A DNA stretch of 64,000 nt. It comes from Oopsacas minuta. Lineage: Eukaryota > Animalia > Porifera. The stretch's first letter is position 1. Each line of letters starts with the position of its first letter. The notes beneath the pieces are model-generated. The model searched no databases and had not been told where the DNA came from. It was given only the letters and a program-made list of their open reading frames with translations. The DNA is taken from the NCBI GenBank assembly GCA_024704765.1, contig JAKMXF010000319.1, forward strand, positions 124,001-188,000, read 5' to 3'. This document shows positions 49,101 to 62,030 of this stretch, in pieces. Made by a program: the position numbers and the translations under genes.

Positions 49101-49998
49101 TTTAATGAGTAAAAATTAATGTTTACTTTGATTCTGATTGAATTCGGACACATTTGTTGCTTGTTACTACAATCAGAGTGAATCTTAATTTTAAGCAATG
49201 AATCTTATACTTTGGTCAAACATCTAGAAACGCTATTTCCTCTTCACTTTTGCTTTCCCATAAGGAAACAATAGACTTTCTCACAAATTGACTATTTTTA
49301 GAAAACATGTTTTTTCTATTATCTCTAAGATCTCCTTCTTGGAAAAGTTTCACAGCGAACGTTTGAATTGAATAAGTGAATTCGACCTTATTCTTTATGC
49401 TGGACTACCTCTTACAATTTGAATGCTATAATTCCGAAAGTCTGCCTCGTCGTTTGGCGATCAACTCGGAGCTATGCGCTTCGAGAGATATTTCGTAATT
49501 AGTCTACCAAATATCACAAAAACAACAATTAACGATAAATCTACATACTGTATTGCCTTGAATACGCGCCGGGGGTAGCATTAAACCAAATTACAATACA
49601 ATAAATATCTACCCGACATGATAATCTCCTACATGAGAAATATACATTTATTCAGGAAATTCGGATTGAGCGTTATTAATCACATGCAGGGTAGTAGGAA
49701 GCTAATGGAAAGTAGGGCAGCCCATGTTAGCATTGTAATATAGAGGGGCGGCTATGCTGACTTATGGCCCATAGGTGACTCATCCGCCCCAGCCTCTCGG
49801 ATTCCGAAGCCCCTGATCACATGTACAATAGAACTCAGATATGACTTACTTTCTCAAAAGCAGATGATCAATTTTGTACTAATTGTATGGGATATCTATT
49901 CGAATAAGACTTACTTCGGTTGGTATGTAATATTTAATGTTTCCCGATGGAGTAAGTCTTATCCGACTTCCACTTACAATTTTTTTAGGCATCTTTCA

Positions 49999-52189
49999 AT
50001 GAAACTTTTCCTGATTATATCCCTTGTGCTAATCTCAATTGCTTCATCTGAAATAATTGAAGAAGATAACGTTCTCATTCTAACCGAGAATAATTTCAAT
50101 GAAGCATTAGAGAAACACAATCAAATTCTTGTGGAGTTCTACGCTCCCTGGTGCGGACATTGTAAAAAGTTTGCCCCAGAATACAGTCAAGCAGCTGCCA
50201 AACTCAAGGAAACGGGGTCAGAAATTCGGCTGGGGAAAGTTGATGCGAGTGTATACGAGGATTTAGCCGTCTCTTGGGATATAAAAGGGTTCCCGACTTT
50301 GATTTTCTTCACCAATAAATCTTCTATGGGTTACAATGGGCCACGAGAAGCAGATGGTATAATAGAATGGCTAAATAAGAAAAGTAAATCCCCGACAACT
50401 CCCATTGAGACAATGGAAGAACTTGAAAAGTTTTCTGGCACTGATAACATTGCTATTGTTGGATTTTTCAAACCAGAAAATCCTGCAACTGTATACATTG
50501 GTGTTGCAAGAAAAATAGATTTTCTACAGTTTGGACTATGCAAAAATGAAGAACTCTTTGATTCAGACCTTGCAGGGAAGGAAGGGGTAATTATTTACAA
50601 AGGCTTTGATGAGAAAAAAGTTGTATTCGACCAGGAACTCAATGTTGAGAAATTAGAGATTTTTCTTCAAATTCACCAATTTGAACTTGTCTCAGAATTT
50701 TCAGAAGAAGTTAGCGCGAGATTTGGTGACACATATATCGACAAACATTTGTTACTTTTCGCGCCAAAGGACGACAATAACACTAAGGAATTGATTGAAA
50801 CATTGCGGGAGATTGCACTGGAGTTTCGTGGGCAGATTCTAGTTATCACAGTGGATACTATAAATTTCCTATTGAATACAATTTTGGACTATTTTGATGT
50901 ATCTCTTGATGAAGTTCCTTGTCTCCGTTCTGTTGTACTGAGCGGTGAAGAGGTTTCACGTTACAAACCAGACAATACAAATTTGTCAATTGAGGGTATA
51001 AGGAAATTTGTGCAGGATTTCTTAGCTGGTAAATTGAAAAGTCATCGAAAGTCAGAAGAAACTCCGGAGGATTGGGATGATGAAGCTGTGCTACTACTCA
51101 CAGCATCTAACTTTAATAATATCGTGCTTAAAAGGAAATCCAAGAAGGCGCTGGTACTGTTCTATTCACCTTCGTCTCGACAATCCAACGAGTTACAACC
51201 TATATGGGATAAATTGGGTGAGTATTCGTTTAGTTACCATATATGTTGACTTTAGTTATCAAGGTTAGACATAAGTTACCTGCATGAAACCAACACTAGT
51301 ATATTCCGGAAGACTTCTATAATCCGACATTGTTTCTGATCTGTAAAGCTTCTTGACAATAAAAATTTACCTGAATAATCCAAAATTTACTGAACCGACA
51401 GAATTTTCATGTGCCCAACGAGTGTCGGTTTATGCAGGTTCCTTTATAATTCTGTTCAGAAATGGATGAATTTGCTATGTTTACCTGTGTTAACATCAAT
51501 GATATACTGCAATTTTGGCTATTTTTATACAAAAAATTGAGGACAATAATGAATTTCCAAAGTGAAAATTTTGATAATACTTTCTTTTTCCGCATATGCA
51601 CAACTAAAGTCATTTTCGCTGGGCACGTGCTCACTCTGGATCCTGAGAGCCCACCTAGATATGGCTCCGCTATAATACAAGAAGTATGGGGCAGGTGGAC
51701 ATGAGTGACATCATCATTGCCCATCCTGACTCATGATTCTAGTTGCGCCAATGGTTGTCCATATATCCGTATATGCCCAAACAAGGTCCGCTCGTGTACA
51801 TAATAACGAGATTCTACTGTGTAACTCTGTTGTGTATTTCTAATAATCATTGCAACCAAATCTCCAATCTGGATAGTAGGGTACTACATCAAATTCTTCT
51901 ATTCGAATATTGAAAGCTCTTTCAATTTTTAGGTGACCATTATGGCAACGATGAGGATGTAATTATTGCTAAGATAGATGCATCAAAGAACGAAGTAGAA
52001 GGTATCAAAATTTCATCATATCCAACTATCAAATATTTTCCACTAGCTTCAGATGAAATATTAGATTATACAGGTGAACGGGATCTAGATTCGTTCATAA
52101 AATATATTGAAACTGATAGCAAAGATGAATCCGAGCCTAAACTTGTTTCAGAAACATTTGAAGGATCACCTGCTCATGAAGATCTATAG
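49999..52189 (+). CDS. Protein disulfide isomerase (PDIA1/P4HB-like a-b-b'-a'), exons 49999-51217 and 51933-52189
   Basis: Signal peptide MKLFLIISLVLISIASS; FYAPWCGHCKK; second site FYSPSSRQS; ends HEDL*; phase-1 intron G|gtgagt ... ttag|GT. Confidence 0.92.
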
Positions 52190-53227
52190 TATTCTGGCTT
52201 GAAATCTTTGTAAATGGATACTAATAGAAATTATTAGTTTGCTTTAGGTATATTATTGTAGGTCGCTTAGCTTAATTCATTGTTAGTACAACTTGATTTA
52301 TAATATTTGAATGCTTTATAGTGCTTTATGATAAGTTTGCTTGGATACAATATTTAGTGTATATGTCTTATTATCTCCTGCCATTTCAGTTAGGACACAT
52401 AAGAAATTTCTTGACTACTTGAAAATGGAAGTTTGACCAAGAAATGAAATAATGTGGTGCGTTACCTCATATGAGTTTATTTATCTCATGTTGAGGAGCA
52501 CAGTTTTAAGTTTTGAAGTAAGAATTCTGTTACTTATTTATTGTACAATGATTATCGCATATAAGAACAATTTGAGAGTAGCACAGTTATAACCAGTAAA
52601 AATTATATAAGAGTATATGAGAACCATTGTCCAGTGGGTGGTCCTTCACCAGGTGCAGCAGGCATAGAGAGCTCCGTACCACTATTCGAAGTGTTCTCCA
52701 ATATCTTTGGGATTTTCCACGGAATAATAGTTAAGAAAATGTTATTTCCGATTACTTTTTCTACCAATTTTCCTTATCCTAGAGATTAAAATATCCTAGG
52801 CAGCAGGTGGATTATCTTCCTCCTAGAAACTCTGGTAAAGAAGCATACAACCCATTAATAAATGTTACTTCCAAACAGAGAAATGAAACCAATTTCCGCA
52901 AATTGCACAAAGTTAGTCAGCAAATTGGCCAATCTTAAATCAAAGCATTTCCAATTGGTATTTATTGGTCTCAATTAAAAGATAAGAAATTTTGCTTACA
53001 TCCAAATCAACTAATGACAATAGCCACAAAAGCTATGTATCCATATAGTGTATATTGTGTATCTAGATTGAAGACAATTTCAGTATAGATTGTGGATACC
53101 ACTACATAAGCATGTAAGCATTAGAAATAGTCAGTAAGCAAATATGCTGTTGATCCGTTTTGCTATTGTCCGTATATATATTGGATGCATTGTAGCTAAA
53201 TTCAAAATTCAACAGTTCACTATCAAC

Positions 53228-53458
53228 ATGAAGATCCTATTCACTCTACTATCAAATCCTTTCGCTATAACCATCTTTCTAATAGTCTGCTATTTTCTAT
53301 TCAAGAATATTATCGGTGTAAATCTGATAGATACACTTATTCTAAATAAAAGTACGAAACACAATGCATTGATGCGACGACAGGCAATGATTCGACGTAG
53401 ACTTGTAGGGAGTTCATATTCTGAGGACGATTTTTGCATATCAGAACAATTTGAGTGA
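53228..53458 (+). CDS. Possible 76-aa small membrane protein
   Basis: ATG-initiated MKILFTLLSNPFAITIFLIVCYFLFKNIIG followed by a basic RRQAMIRRR tail; no family recognised. Confidence 0.3.
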   Translation: MKILFTLLSNPFAITIFLIVCYFLFKNIIGVNLIDTLILNKSTKHNALMRRQAMIRRRLVGSSYSEDDFCISEQFE

Positions 53459-54101
53459 TTATTAAGATATTCAGATAATAATTTTTGTATATTACATATA
53501 GAAACTTTGATTTCACATTAAACTTTAATGTCCTTATTGTTCATATATTTGATGGGACCTGTTCGATGAAAGCTGATGCAGTAGTGGTAGCAGTGGCGGA
53601 TCTAGGAATTTCTAAACCGGCAATTTTCTTGAGGGATTCTCCTGGATTGACACTTCTTTGGACGGTAACATATTAATCCTATACGATTTGGAATCTCGTG
53701 GTCCGCACTTTGAGTCAGATATAGCTGCTGAACTAGAAGGTTTAAGTGCCCGAAATATACAAGATATGGAATCATAGTGATATTGGCAATACACAGAAAT
53801 ATTGGTCCAAATTGCAAACCTTAAATATTAGCTCGCTTTGCTTGCAAATTAACAAAACTTATCCGTAACCTATTCATTGAATATTGCCCTGTTCAGATCT
53901 ATACAACATATTCATTCATACATAGTACGCAATGAGGTAATTTCCGTATATAGCAAATTGAAGACTTGGATTATTCAGGGAGTTGACTTATGATCCAGGG
54001 GATATATTAGCTATTTCTGGCTCTTTTTCATAAAAGAAGGGAAAATCATGTTGTTTGCATATAAATTAGAAATACAAAAATAGTAATACTATCATCTAAA
54101 C

Positions 54102-54225
54102 CAGTGGTTCTCAACCAGGGGTCCGCAGCCCAAAAATGTTTTCGTTATGTTTATTGGCAAGGGTCCGCGGACCCCATAAAATGGACCAAAGAGGTCCGCG
54201 GAAGAAAAAAGGCTGAGAACCAATG
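54102..54225. mobile_element. hAT (Charlie-like) MITE
   Basis: TIRs CAGTGGTTCTCAACC / GGCTGAGAACCAATG; perfect 8-bp TSD atctaaac. Confidence 0.85.
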
Positions 54226-55012
54226 ATCTAAACAAGTAGCAATTATCAGTTAAATAATTACTTAATGGCAGATTAGTGGTATTTTAGCTGACACAACAAT
54301 TGAATATAAATGTATATATCCATATATAACTCCATATCAATAACCAAGCAATGTTTGTGGTTTATAGTGTGGCATGGTGAGCATGGCCCAATGAAGCAAC
54401 AATTATTACTCTTAATTCGCATTATATAGTAATTGTAATCAAGGATGGTATTCTTACTTGCCAATTTGAGTGTTGAAAAGAATGGGATTGAAAGTACAAA
54501 TATAAGGAACTTAGGATAAATTATTAAACTGGACTACTAAAAAGCGTGACAATTGAGTTGTTTCGGAGGGATATCAGCCTCGGCAAATGTCCCTAGAAGC
54601 TTGACGTCCCGCCAAAATCGGGACAATTGGCAAGTATGGGTAGTAATCACTGTTAAGTGAATATTTAGCTATTAATACTCTCTCAAAACCCCAAATATTC
54701 CCCAAATTTTACTACGCTATTACATAATCTCAAAAATTTCCCTGTTACCTAGGAAAATGGGAAAATTGGATTTCAAAATTTTCCCATGTAAAAAATATGA
54801 ATTTTCCTTCTTTATGAGAAAAAAGGCATAAATATCCAATATTTTCCACTGGATCATTTGTGAAATTACTGGATGGTTGACATGCAATTGTAATATAAAT
54901 ACAAACCCTGCTATATGTATTTTCCTTAGAAATAATTGGAAAATGAGTAAATGAGAGTTAAACACATCAAAATATACAAAAGAAAAATATGAAGGCAAAA
55001 AGTTGCTCAAAC

Positions 55013-55837
55013 TTAACTAGTTTGTACTTCACCAGTTGGTACTTTCTCCATTATAATAATATCCTTTGGTCTTGTAATAACCAAATTGACTTGTATGCGA
55101 TTAAAATCTGGGATGAAGGTAAAATAAAATGCAACCACTAATACAAACAGCATCCATTCTGTACAAGCTCTAGCGTAATCAATGCGCAGACCTAAGTTAA
55201 AGAACTCTACTTGTGTTGCATTATTTTGTAGATCACTAGTAATCGTATCCACCATGGTACTGTTTCTATTCTCCCTGTAAAATACTCGAGATGGGTGGAA
55301 AATTAAGGCAAAGAAAAAGATTGCTAGCACTAAACAAATCGTTGTTATTGATAATTGAATGGCGAAAACTATCCATTTCCACCACACGCGTTTTGGTGGT
55401 AGCATAATTCCAATTATCACCTGTCCGATTTCGAAAAATAATTCTAGAAATATCGTCAAACCTGCACAGGTGAAGTGAAATTTGCTAGAGAGTGAAGAAT
55501 CATCGGATTCGAAGGCAGCTACACCCATTAGGAAAAATATAGCTGCAACGCCAATTACGAGAACGATGAAGTTGAATATTCTGTGAAAAAGTCCTTCCAA
55601 ATGTGTGTGAGCATCTTTAAAACGAATGTAGATTATAATTATCACCAAAAATGATGTAATAGCGAATACCAATACGAAAAATCCGTTTTCAATAGGATAC
55701 GCTCCAGTATCACTTATGTATGGGAATATCGGCCTAAAGTTTCCCTGTATAACTCCTAATGTATACGTGAGGAGAAGGCCAAGCGCAAATTCTACACATG
55801 TAATAATAATAAGATACCAAATTGGAAAGAGATACAT
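55013..55837 (-). CDS. DRAM/TMEM150 (Frag1/DRAM/Sfk1 family) multi-pass membrane protein, intronless
   Basis: FPYISDTGAYPIE motif; six hydrophobic segments; HF after TM4; CTEW...YFTFIPDF. Confidence 0.85.
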   Translation of the reverse strand: MYLFPIWYLIIITCVEFALGLLLTYTLGVIQGNFRPIFPYISDTGAYPIENGFFVLVFAITSFLVIIIIYIRFKDAHTHLEGLFHRIFNFIVLVIGVAAIFFLMGVAAFESDDSSLSSKFHFTCAGLTIFLELFFEIGQVIIGIMLPPKRVWWKWIVFAIQLSITTICLVLAIFFFALIFHPSRVFYRENRNSTMVDTITSDLQNNATQVEFFNLGLRIDYARACTEWMLFVLVVAFYFTFIPDFNRIQVNLVITRPKDIIIMEKVPTGEVQTS

Positions 55838-56342
55838 TTATATTATATCCTATATTGTACCTGTATATATAGGCATATTTTAGCCAACGTGGAAGTATTA
55901 CTTAACTGTTAGGTTAATTGATTAATTATTCGTATATCGCAGGTTTCTAATTCATAATACAAGAGTAAGTAGTTAAATAGAGGATAAATATATAATTACT
56001 ATAGTTTGCTAGATTTCTAGCCGTTCTCTCATTTCTAAAATTGGGAAATATCACTGTAATACTCTAATTAGTCTAGCCAAATAATATCTTCTCTGAACTG
56101 TTAAAGTAATTCGTGGTAATAATATAATTGATTTCGTATTTGATATTAAATTTTTGTGTGAAAACCTTTGAGATTTGAGAAGCGATCGATTAGAAATTAG
56201 TGCATACTTTCCTGTCGCACCGATTTTGCTGAAGTTGTCTCAGTTAAACCCATGCAGGAATACTAGAAATTAAGCATCAACTACTCTGTTTTTGTACAAC
56301 TATTTAATCATACACAAAATATACAAAAAATATCCAATAACA

Positions 56343-59300
56343 TTAACTAGTATCACTAATGTTTTCTTCCTGGCTTATTTGTGGTGGAGAGATAGTATCC
56401 GCTTTATTGACAAATTCCTTTAGCAGCCCATTAGGTCTTTGAAGCAATAACCATGGCTTTCCATATTCCTTCACTTGCCCTTTTTCCATTACAACTATGG
56501 TATTAGCATCCATTACTGTGTTAAGACGATGTGCTATCATAATTACAGTACACTCTTGAAACTTTGTACGTATAATTTGCTGGATAAGGAGATCAGTTGA
56601 CATGTCCACGTTTGAGGTAGCTTCGTCTAGCAACAAAACTTTGTTGTTTCTGATTAGGGCACGAGCTAGACAATATAGCTGTTTTTCTCCAGCACTAAAT
56701 TTTTTCCCACCATCGGAAACTAGGAAATGTAACTGTCCAGTGAGAGATTGGGATTTTTCTTTCATTTGAACTTGTTCCAGTGCTTCCCATATAATGTTGT
56801 CGTTGAACTCATCAAAAGGGTCCAAATTTTTCCTGAGAGTCCCACTAAAGAGTGTCGGATCCTGTGGTATGATTGATATTTGACTCCTCAAGTCATGCAA
56901 TCCCAAGGTACCAATATCACACCCATCAATTGATATAGAACCACTTTTCAACTCTACCAGCCTGAAGAGTGCTTTCTGAAGAGAAGATTTTCCTGCACCA
57001 GTGCGACCAACAACACCAACCTTTTCACCTTTGTTAATCGTTAAAGATATGTTGTTCAAAACTGGTGAAAGATTCGGAGCATAGCTTAGGGTAGCATTTT
57101 CAAGCTTAATTTCTCCCTTAGTGATGTGAAATTTGTTACCTTTCGAGGTTAGTGGTGATTCCTCTGGCAATTTGGAGTAAGCTATGATACGCTGAGCAGA
57201 TGCCATGTAGTTCTCTATTATCGCACTAGTTCTTAATGTAAACTGTGAGTTACGAGGAACAGTTAGTAGGAGAGAAATAGAAAACGCTAACACATTTGGA
57301 TCAATGTAGTCACTGAGTATGATATAGGTGGAGTAGGTTATGAATAGGTAAACAGCGAGTATACAATAAATTCTCATGGCAAACCAACGGATGAGCCCAA
57401 TGTTAGTAGACCATGCACGGAAATGTTCATCCTGGAAGGAATAGAACTTATCTGTAAACTGTTGTTGCAATTGCAGGGTATGTATGCAAGGAAGACCATT
57501 CAGAGTTGTTAGGATATGGCTGAAAATAGGACTTTTGGCTGCTGATTCAATAGCCATCACTTGAGTAGAATATCCCAGGTAATAGTATCGAAATGCTAAC
57601 AATACAGCTAGGACAATGATAGTAGGGAATATCACGATCCATTGAGAAAGTACTGCTGTTACCAGGCTAAAGATGAAGAAAAAAAACAAACTGGTGAACT
57701 GAATCACATAGGGAGGAATTATATCATCCAAAGTTCCAACATCTTTCGAAAACCGATTGGTTATAGAGCCACTCTGATTCAAGTCAAAGAATCGAACGGG
57801 AACTCGGAGTATTTTCCAGAGCATGGAGTTGTGGAGATTCCGAGATGCATTGAGGATCAGGAAATAGAGGAGAATGTGGCTAATATAATAGAAAATCAAC
57901 GCCCCAATGCATAAAATAATGTAATAATAGATTCTTTCATGGACAGACATAGTTGAAAGTGGGTTACTTCCTAAGATTGTGTTATTAGACCAGTTATTAG
58001 ACATTTCAAAGGTGCTGTTACCACTTAGAGACGACCATAGTACTAAATAGTAGTATATTGCAATGTTAGCGAGAAAATGAGAAAAAACTATGAGGAGAAA
58101 CACAATCGGACAGAAAATATTACCCCCTTTCCAAAGATAGATAAAATATGTTTTGAGACTGACTTTACTCTTTCCGAGACTATCACCTAATAACTGATTT
58201 TCAATATCTTCGTGTTTTTTTGGACATGAAATTAGTCCCTCTCCTTCATCCGATAAATCACTCAATCTATCAGAAGAATCATGTCTTGGTGAAATTTCCT
58301 CAAAATTTGCAAAGTTTTCCTCGATAATATTACTATTTCTTCTCTCCCTCATAACCTCGATGTTTATTTCAGTCCTCATTTGTTCAGATTGCTTTAGCAA
58401 CGTTTCTTCGTCCGATTCTCCTAGTGTCGTCGTTTTGCCTTTGTCAAGATCCAACACCTGTGTAGCGTCACTAAGCAAATGTATTTGATGAGTTGCAAGA
58501 ATGACCACTTTATTTCTAAGAATACCTTGGATACAGTTTTTATACAATTTCTCTGCCACCACAGTGTCCAATGCACTGAAAGGATCATCCAACAAGTAAA
58601 TGTCTCTGTCAGCATAGACAGCTCTCGCCAGACCAAGTCTTGCCGTCTGTCCACCACTTAATGAATTCCCTTGTTCTCCTACTATAGTTTGATCACCATG
58701 AACAAGATCATTCAAGTCTTCATCTAGGCAACATGCTCGAATTACCTCTTCATACCAGTTAGAGTCAAATTTGCATCCAAAGATTATGTTTTCACGAATT
58801 GTACCACAAAACACCCACGGTTCTTGTGGAGCAAGCGCCATGCTGCCTTTAATAGTTTTGGTCCCTTCAAATATTGTGTTTTCCTCTGCAACGCCCATCA
58901 ATAGAGAAGTCTTTCCAGAACCTGTTGACCCAATGACTCCCACAATTTCACCCTTCCTCACTTCGAAATTCATATCCTTACAACAAACTACAGATTCAAC
59001 ATCTTTTGTCTTATTTTGAACTCTCCATCCACAAGAAAATCTCTTTACTAAAACGAACGGATCTGTAATTACTCTGGGTATTTTCCATTCGCATGTTTCA
59101 TTCCCGAACATGGGAAGTTCTAATATCGTTTGTACACGGAATATTGATGCATAAATCTCTGATAAATTCAGCATACCAATTACAAGACTAACGTTGAATC
59201 TACCTAAATTCCTTATAATTGCGATCACGGTGAATATCTTTGCTGCTGTGAACTCTCCGCCAATGGCAGCGTAACATGTTATGGTTACCATACTACACCA

Positions 59301-60245
59301 TACTGCAAAAGACAGCCCATTCAAATAGTTCAATATTTTCAATGGAAAAAACATATATCCACAAATCTCACGATATCTTAGTGATTTAACTTTTGTATGT
59401 ATTGCAAATTCCAATGCGTACGTCTTGATTAATCGAATACCCTCAATCACTTCTCTCATCATTTTGTTTCTACTATCTGTCAATTCGGATAGCCTATATT
59501 TCACAATGGAATTTAGATAGCTGCAACCCAACCCCAAAGGAACCTGAAGTAGTACAGTAATACCTGTAGCGAAGGCTGCCAGCCCAATTTCCCTCCATAG
59601 AATGTAAACAAACAATAAGCAGGCGAATGGGTAGACCCATATCATATTCAAGTAGATAATCCCGTTGTCTAACTTATACAGCCCAGAACTTATTGGTGTA
59701 ATTATTTTCCCGAAAGATAGGTTGTATGACTGATTAAGATTGACTGACACAACTTTATTGTAAACTGCTGATGTTAACATTGTGCGAAACTTTGTACCCA
59801 GCAAAGACAATCTCCATTTCACAACCTGGAGAATCATCATATCACAAAATGACATGCAACAGATTGCTAGTGTAATTCCGAACAGAATGAGTGTGTAATT
59901 CGAGAAACAATCGCCCCTGCATTTGAAGACTTCTACAAACACTCCTATCAATAATGGCGTTACAAGAGAGATACATGTCCCTATAAATTCGAGTATCGCG
60001 ATCAACACTAATTCCCAGAAATACATCCTGAAAAACGTTAGCCACAATCTAGGAGTTCTCTTAATACTTTCAACCGACCATGCTCTTTGAAATTTTGCAA
60101 ATAAAGTTTTCGCTTGATTAGTTGAATCAAGTTGTGGGAGATCATTCATAGATATAGAATCTTTAAACTTAGACTTTAAAACCGCGAAATCAAGCCAGAT
60201 AAAGAATGGCGATACAAGATAATGAAGTACCCGAAAAATTTTCAT
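56343..60245 (-). CDS. ABCC (MRP4-like short-form) ABC transporter, intronless, 1300 aa
   Basis: NBD1 GSTGSGKTS, LSGGQ, LLDDP; NBD2 GRTGAGKSS, FSAGE, LLDEAT, IAHRL; two TMDs; no TMD0. Confidence 0.95.
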   Translation of the reverse strand: MKIFRVLHYLVSPFFIWLDFAVLKSKFKDSISMNDLPQLDSTNQAKTLFAKFQRAWSVESIKRTPRLWLTFFRMYFWELVLIAILEFIGTCISLVTPLLIGVFVEVFKCRGDCFSNYTLILFGITLAICCMSFCDMMILQVVKWRLSLLGTKFRTMLTSAVYNKVVSVNLNQSYNLSFGKIITPISSGLYKLDNGIIYLNMIWVYPFACLLFVYILWREIGLAAFATGITVLLQVPLGLGCSYLNSIVKYRLSELTDSRNKMMREVIEGIRLIKTYALEFAIHTKVKSLRYREICGYMFFPLKILNYLNGLSFAVWCSMVTITCYAAIGGEFTAAKIFTVIAIIRNLGRFNVSLVIGMLNLSEIYASIFRVQTILELPMFGNETCEWKIPRVITDPFVLVKRFSCGWRVQNKTKDVESVVCCKDMNFEVRKGEIVGVIGSTGSGKTSLLMGVAEENTIFEGTKTIKGSMALAPQEPWVFCGTIRENIIFGCKFDSNWYEEVIRACCLDEDLNDLVHGDQTIVGEQGNSLSGGQTARLGLARAVYADRDIYLLDDPFSALDTVVAEKLYKNCIQGILRNKVVILATHQIHLLSDATQVLDLDKGKTTTLGESDEETLLKQSEQMRTEINIEVMRERRNSNIIEENFANFEEISPRHDSSDRLSDLSDEGEGLISCPKKHEDIENQLLGDSLGKSKVSLKTYFIYLWKGGNIFCPIVFLLIVFSHFLANIAIYYYLVLWSSLSGNSTFEMSNNWSNNTILGSNPLSTMSVHERIYYYIILCIGALIFYYISHILLYFLILNASRNLHNSMLWKILRVPVRFFDLNQSGSITNRFSKDVGTLDDIIPPYVIQFTSLFFFFIFSLVTAVLSQWIVIFPTIIVLAVLLAFRYYYLGYSTQVMAIESAAKSPIFSHILTTLNGLPCIHTLQLQQQFTDKFYSFQDEHFRAWSTNIGLIRWFAMRIYCILAVYLFITYSTYIILSDYIDPNVLAFSISLLLTVPRNSQFTLRTSAIIENYMASAQRIIAYSKLPEESPLTSKGNKFHITKGEIKLENATLSYAPNLSPVLNNISLTINKGEKVGVVGRTGAGKSSLQKALFRLVELKSGSISIDGCDIGTLGLHDLRSQISIIPQDPTLFSGTLRKNLDPFDEFNDNIIWEALEQVQMKEKSQSLTGQLHFLVSDGGKKFSAGEKQLYCLARALIRNNKVLLLDEATSNVDMSTDLLIQQIIRTKFQECTVIMIAHRLNTVMDANTIVVMEKGQVKEYGKPWLLLQRPNGLLKEFVNKADTISPPQISQEENISDTS

Positions 60246-61248
60246 GACCTAGATCTTTAATTATATATTTGAATTTTCTTCAATCATATCAATTGGGTTA
60301 TTTATACTCCTTTTGATTTTTTAAAATATGTTGTGCTTATTTTGTCTTCCTGGAATTTATTTTGTAATATCAAAATATTCATTTGGAAAAATTTTTGACT
60401 AGTTAGATTAGGTAGAGCCATAATTTACAAGATTAGTAGGTATCCGAAAAGTATTCATGATTAGGGTCATCGAGGTTGTAGATTTCAACTTCACATTTTC
60501 ATATCTAAGTATACCAAATCATCTACATCATATTACTAATCATAAAACAAACGAATAATCCTGAGCTACACTCCTAGTCTGTCGACGGGAGTCTCTAATC
60601 ACATCCGTTTTGATTATAAATTTATTCCTAACAGTTAGCATTATACAATATTCTAATGTTGTTGTGTCGATTTGTCTTTACTGGATTATATTTCGTAATA
60701 TCAAAATGTTGACTTGGCAAAATAATGTCTACTTGGTTAGAATAGATAGAGCCACAATTTATTTCTTATTAAAGCACTAGCGCGCTTCACCTGCTAGGTC
60801 GCTACGCGACAGCTTAGTTCTCCAAATTAGCTTAAGTATTAATTAAATAAACAGCTAAATGTATTGAGTTATTGGTAGCTACGCCTGCACTACGTGTCTC
60901 GAATTCACAGAATGGTAAAAATTTTAAGATCGTATTATCCATGGTCTATCCAAATGACATTCAATGGCCTTCTGTGGTGACGCTGGAGATGCTATGTCGC
61001 TTTTGGTTAGCAATCTCGGCAGTATCTTCAATCATTTCTGGACATACAATCATAATAAAAGTATTCAGCTAGATTAATAATTTTCCATACAAATAATACT
61101 ATAGTGAGCTTATTCTTGATGAGTATGTATAGTAGTGTCAAAGTCGCGATCTACGTATACTGATAAAACAGTTGCTAAGATTTCTATGAAATATTCACTT
61201 AAGAGTTGTAAAATTTCCAACTCAGTGTGAAACCTATCACAATATGTA

Positions 61249-61498
61249 CACTCCCTGGCCAAAAGTATTGGAACACTATACCACTAATGACACATGTGGC
61301 ATATGGAACTTTGTGAGAATATATGTATTGAATAGTCTGTGGATATATCAGAAAAGGTGATTATAATGATAAAATTAATAATAGAATTAAGTTCACAAAT
61401 GTTTAAAACTATCTTCAGCCTATACAACTAAAGCAAAAGCATATTTGTGCCAAGTGTCAATTGTGGCCGAGTGTTCCAATACTTTTGGCCAGGGAGTG
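61249..61498. mobile_element. Tc1/mariner-type MITE, 250 bp, copy 2 (inverted relative to 42782-43031)
   Basis: Same 25-bp TIRs, TA-flanked; internal ends are the reverse complement of copy 1. Confidence 0.9.
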
Positions 61499-61748
61499 TA
61501 TAATGGTTGTAAATGGCATAACGTGGCACAATGTGTCATTAAATATTTAAGGTCAGCATTCAGGATCTAAATAGAAAGTCTGTGTACTGAGGTTTGCAAT
61601 AGGCATAATGCACATTTGACATGAGAGATAATTTGACATTACACTTTTGGATTAATCATATGTAAATTTATTGTTGTTTTTATGAAAATAACATAAACAA
61701 ATTAGTAAAATCTCAAAATTTACGTAGATACTTGCTCTCAACAGCTAC

Positions 61749-61933
61749 AAAGGGGGATTGATCTTTCAAAATAATTCAATAATATATATGCAATATACGT
61801 ATATTTGTGAATTACATTGTTCTAAATATATCTACATTATAATACTCAAAGGGGGCCGTAAATTTGGAAAATAATGGATACCTCGAGGCGCAATGCGCCG
61901 GGTTCATCACGAAGCGACGAGCCGAAAGCTCGT
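61749..61933 (+). repeat. Dispersed ~185-bp repeat, copy 2
   Basis: Alignable to 33988-34172; ends in the hairpin CGAGCCGAAAGCTCG. Confidence 0.7.
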
Positions 61934-62030
61934 TGATATATAATATCAATTTTTTGACAATTTTTTATCTTTCCCATTAGTAACCCAATTATTACTCTAA
62001 GTCTCTTCACACACACATCACTCTACCAAT

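Noticed and set aside
49864-49998. 45-aa extension before the PDI signal peptide
   Set aside because: Homology and a clean signal peptide start at ATG 49999.
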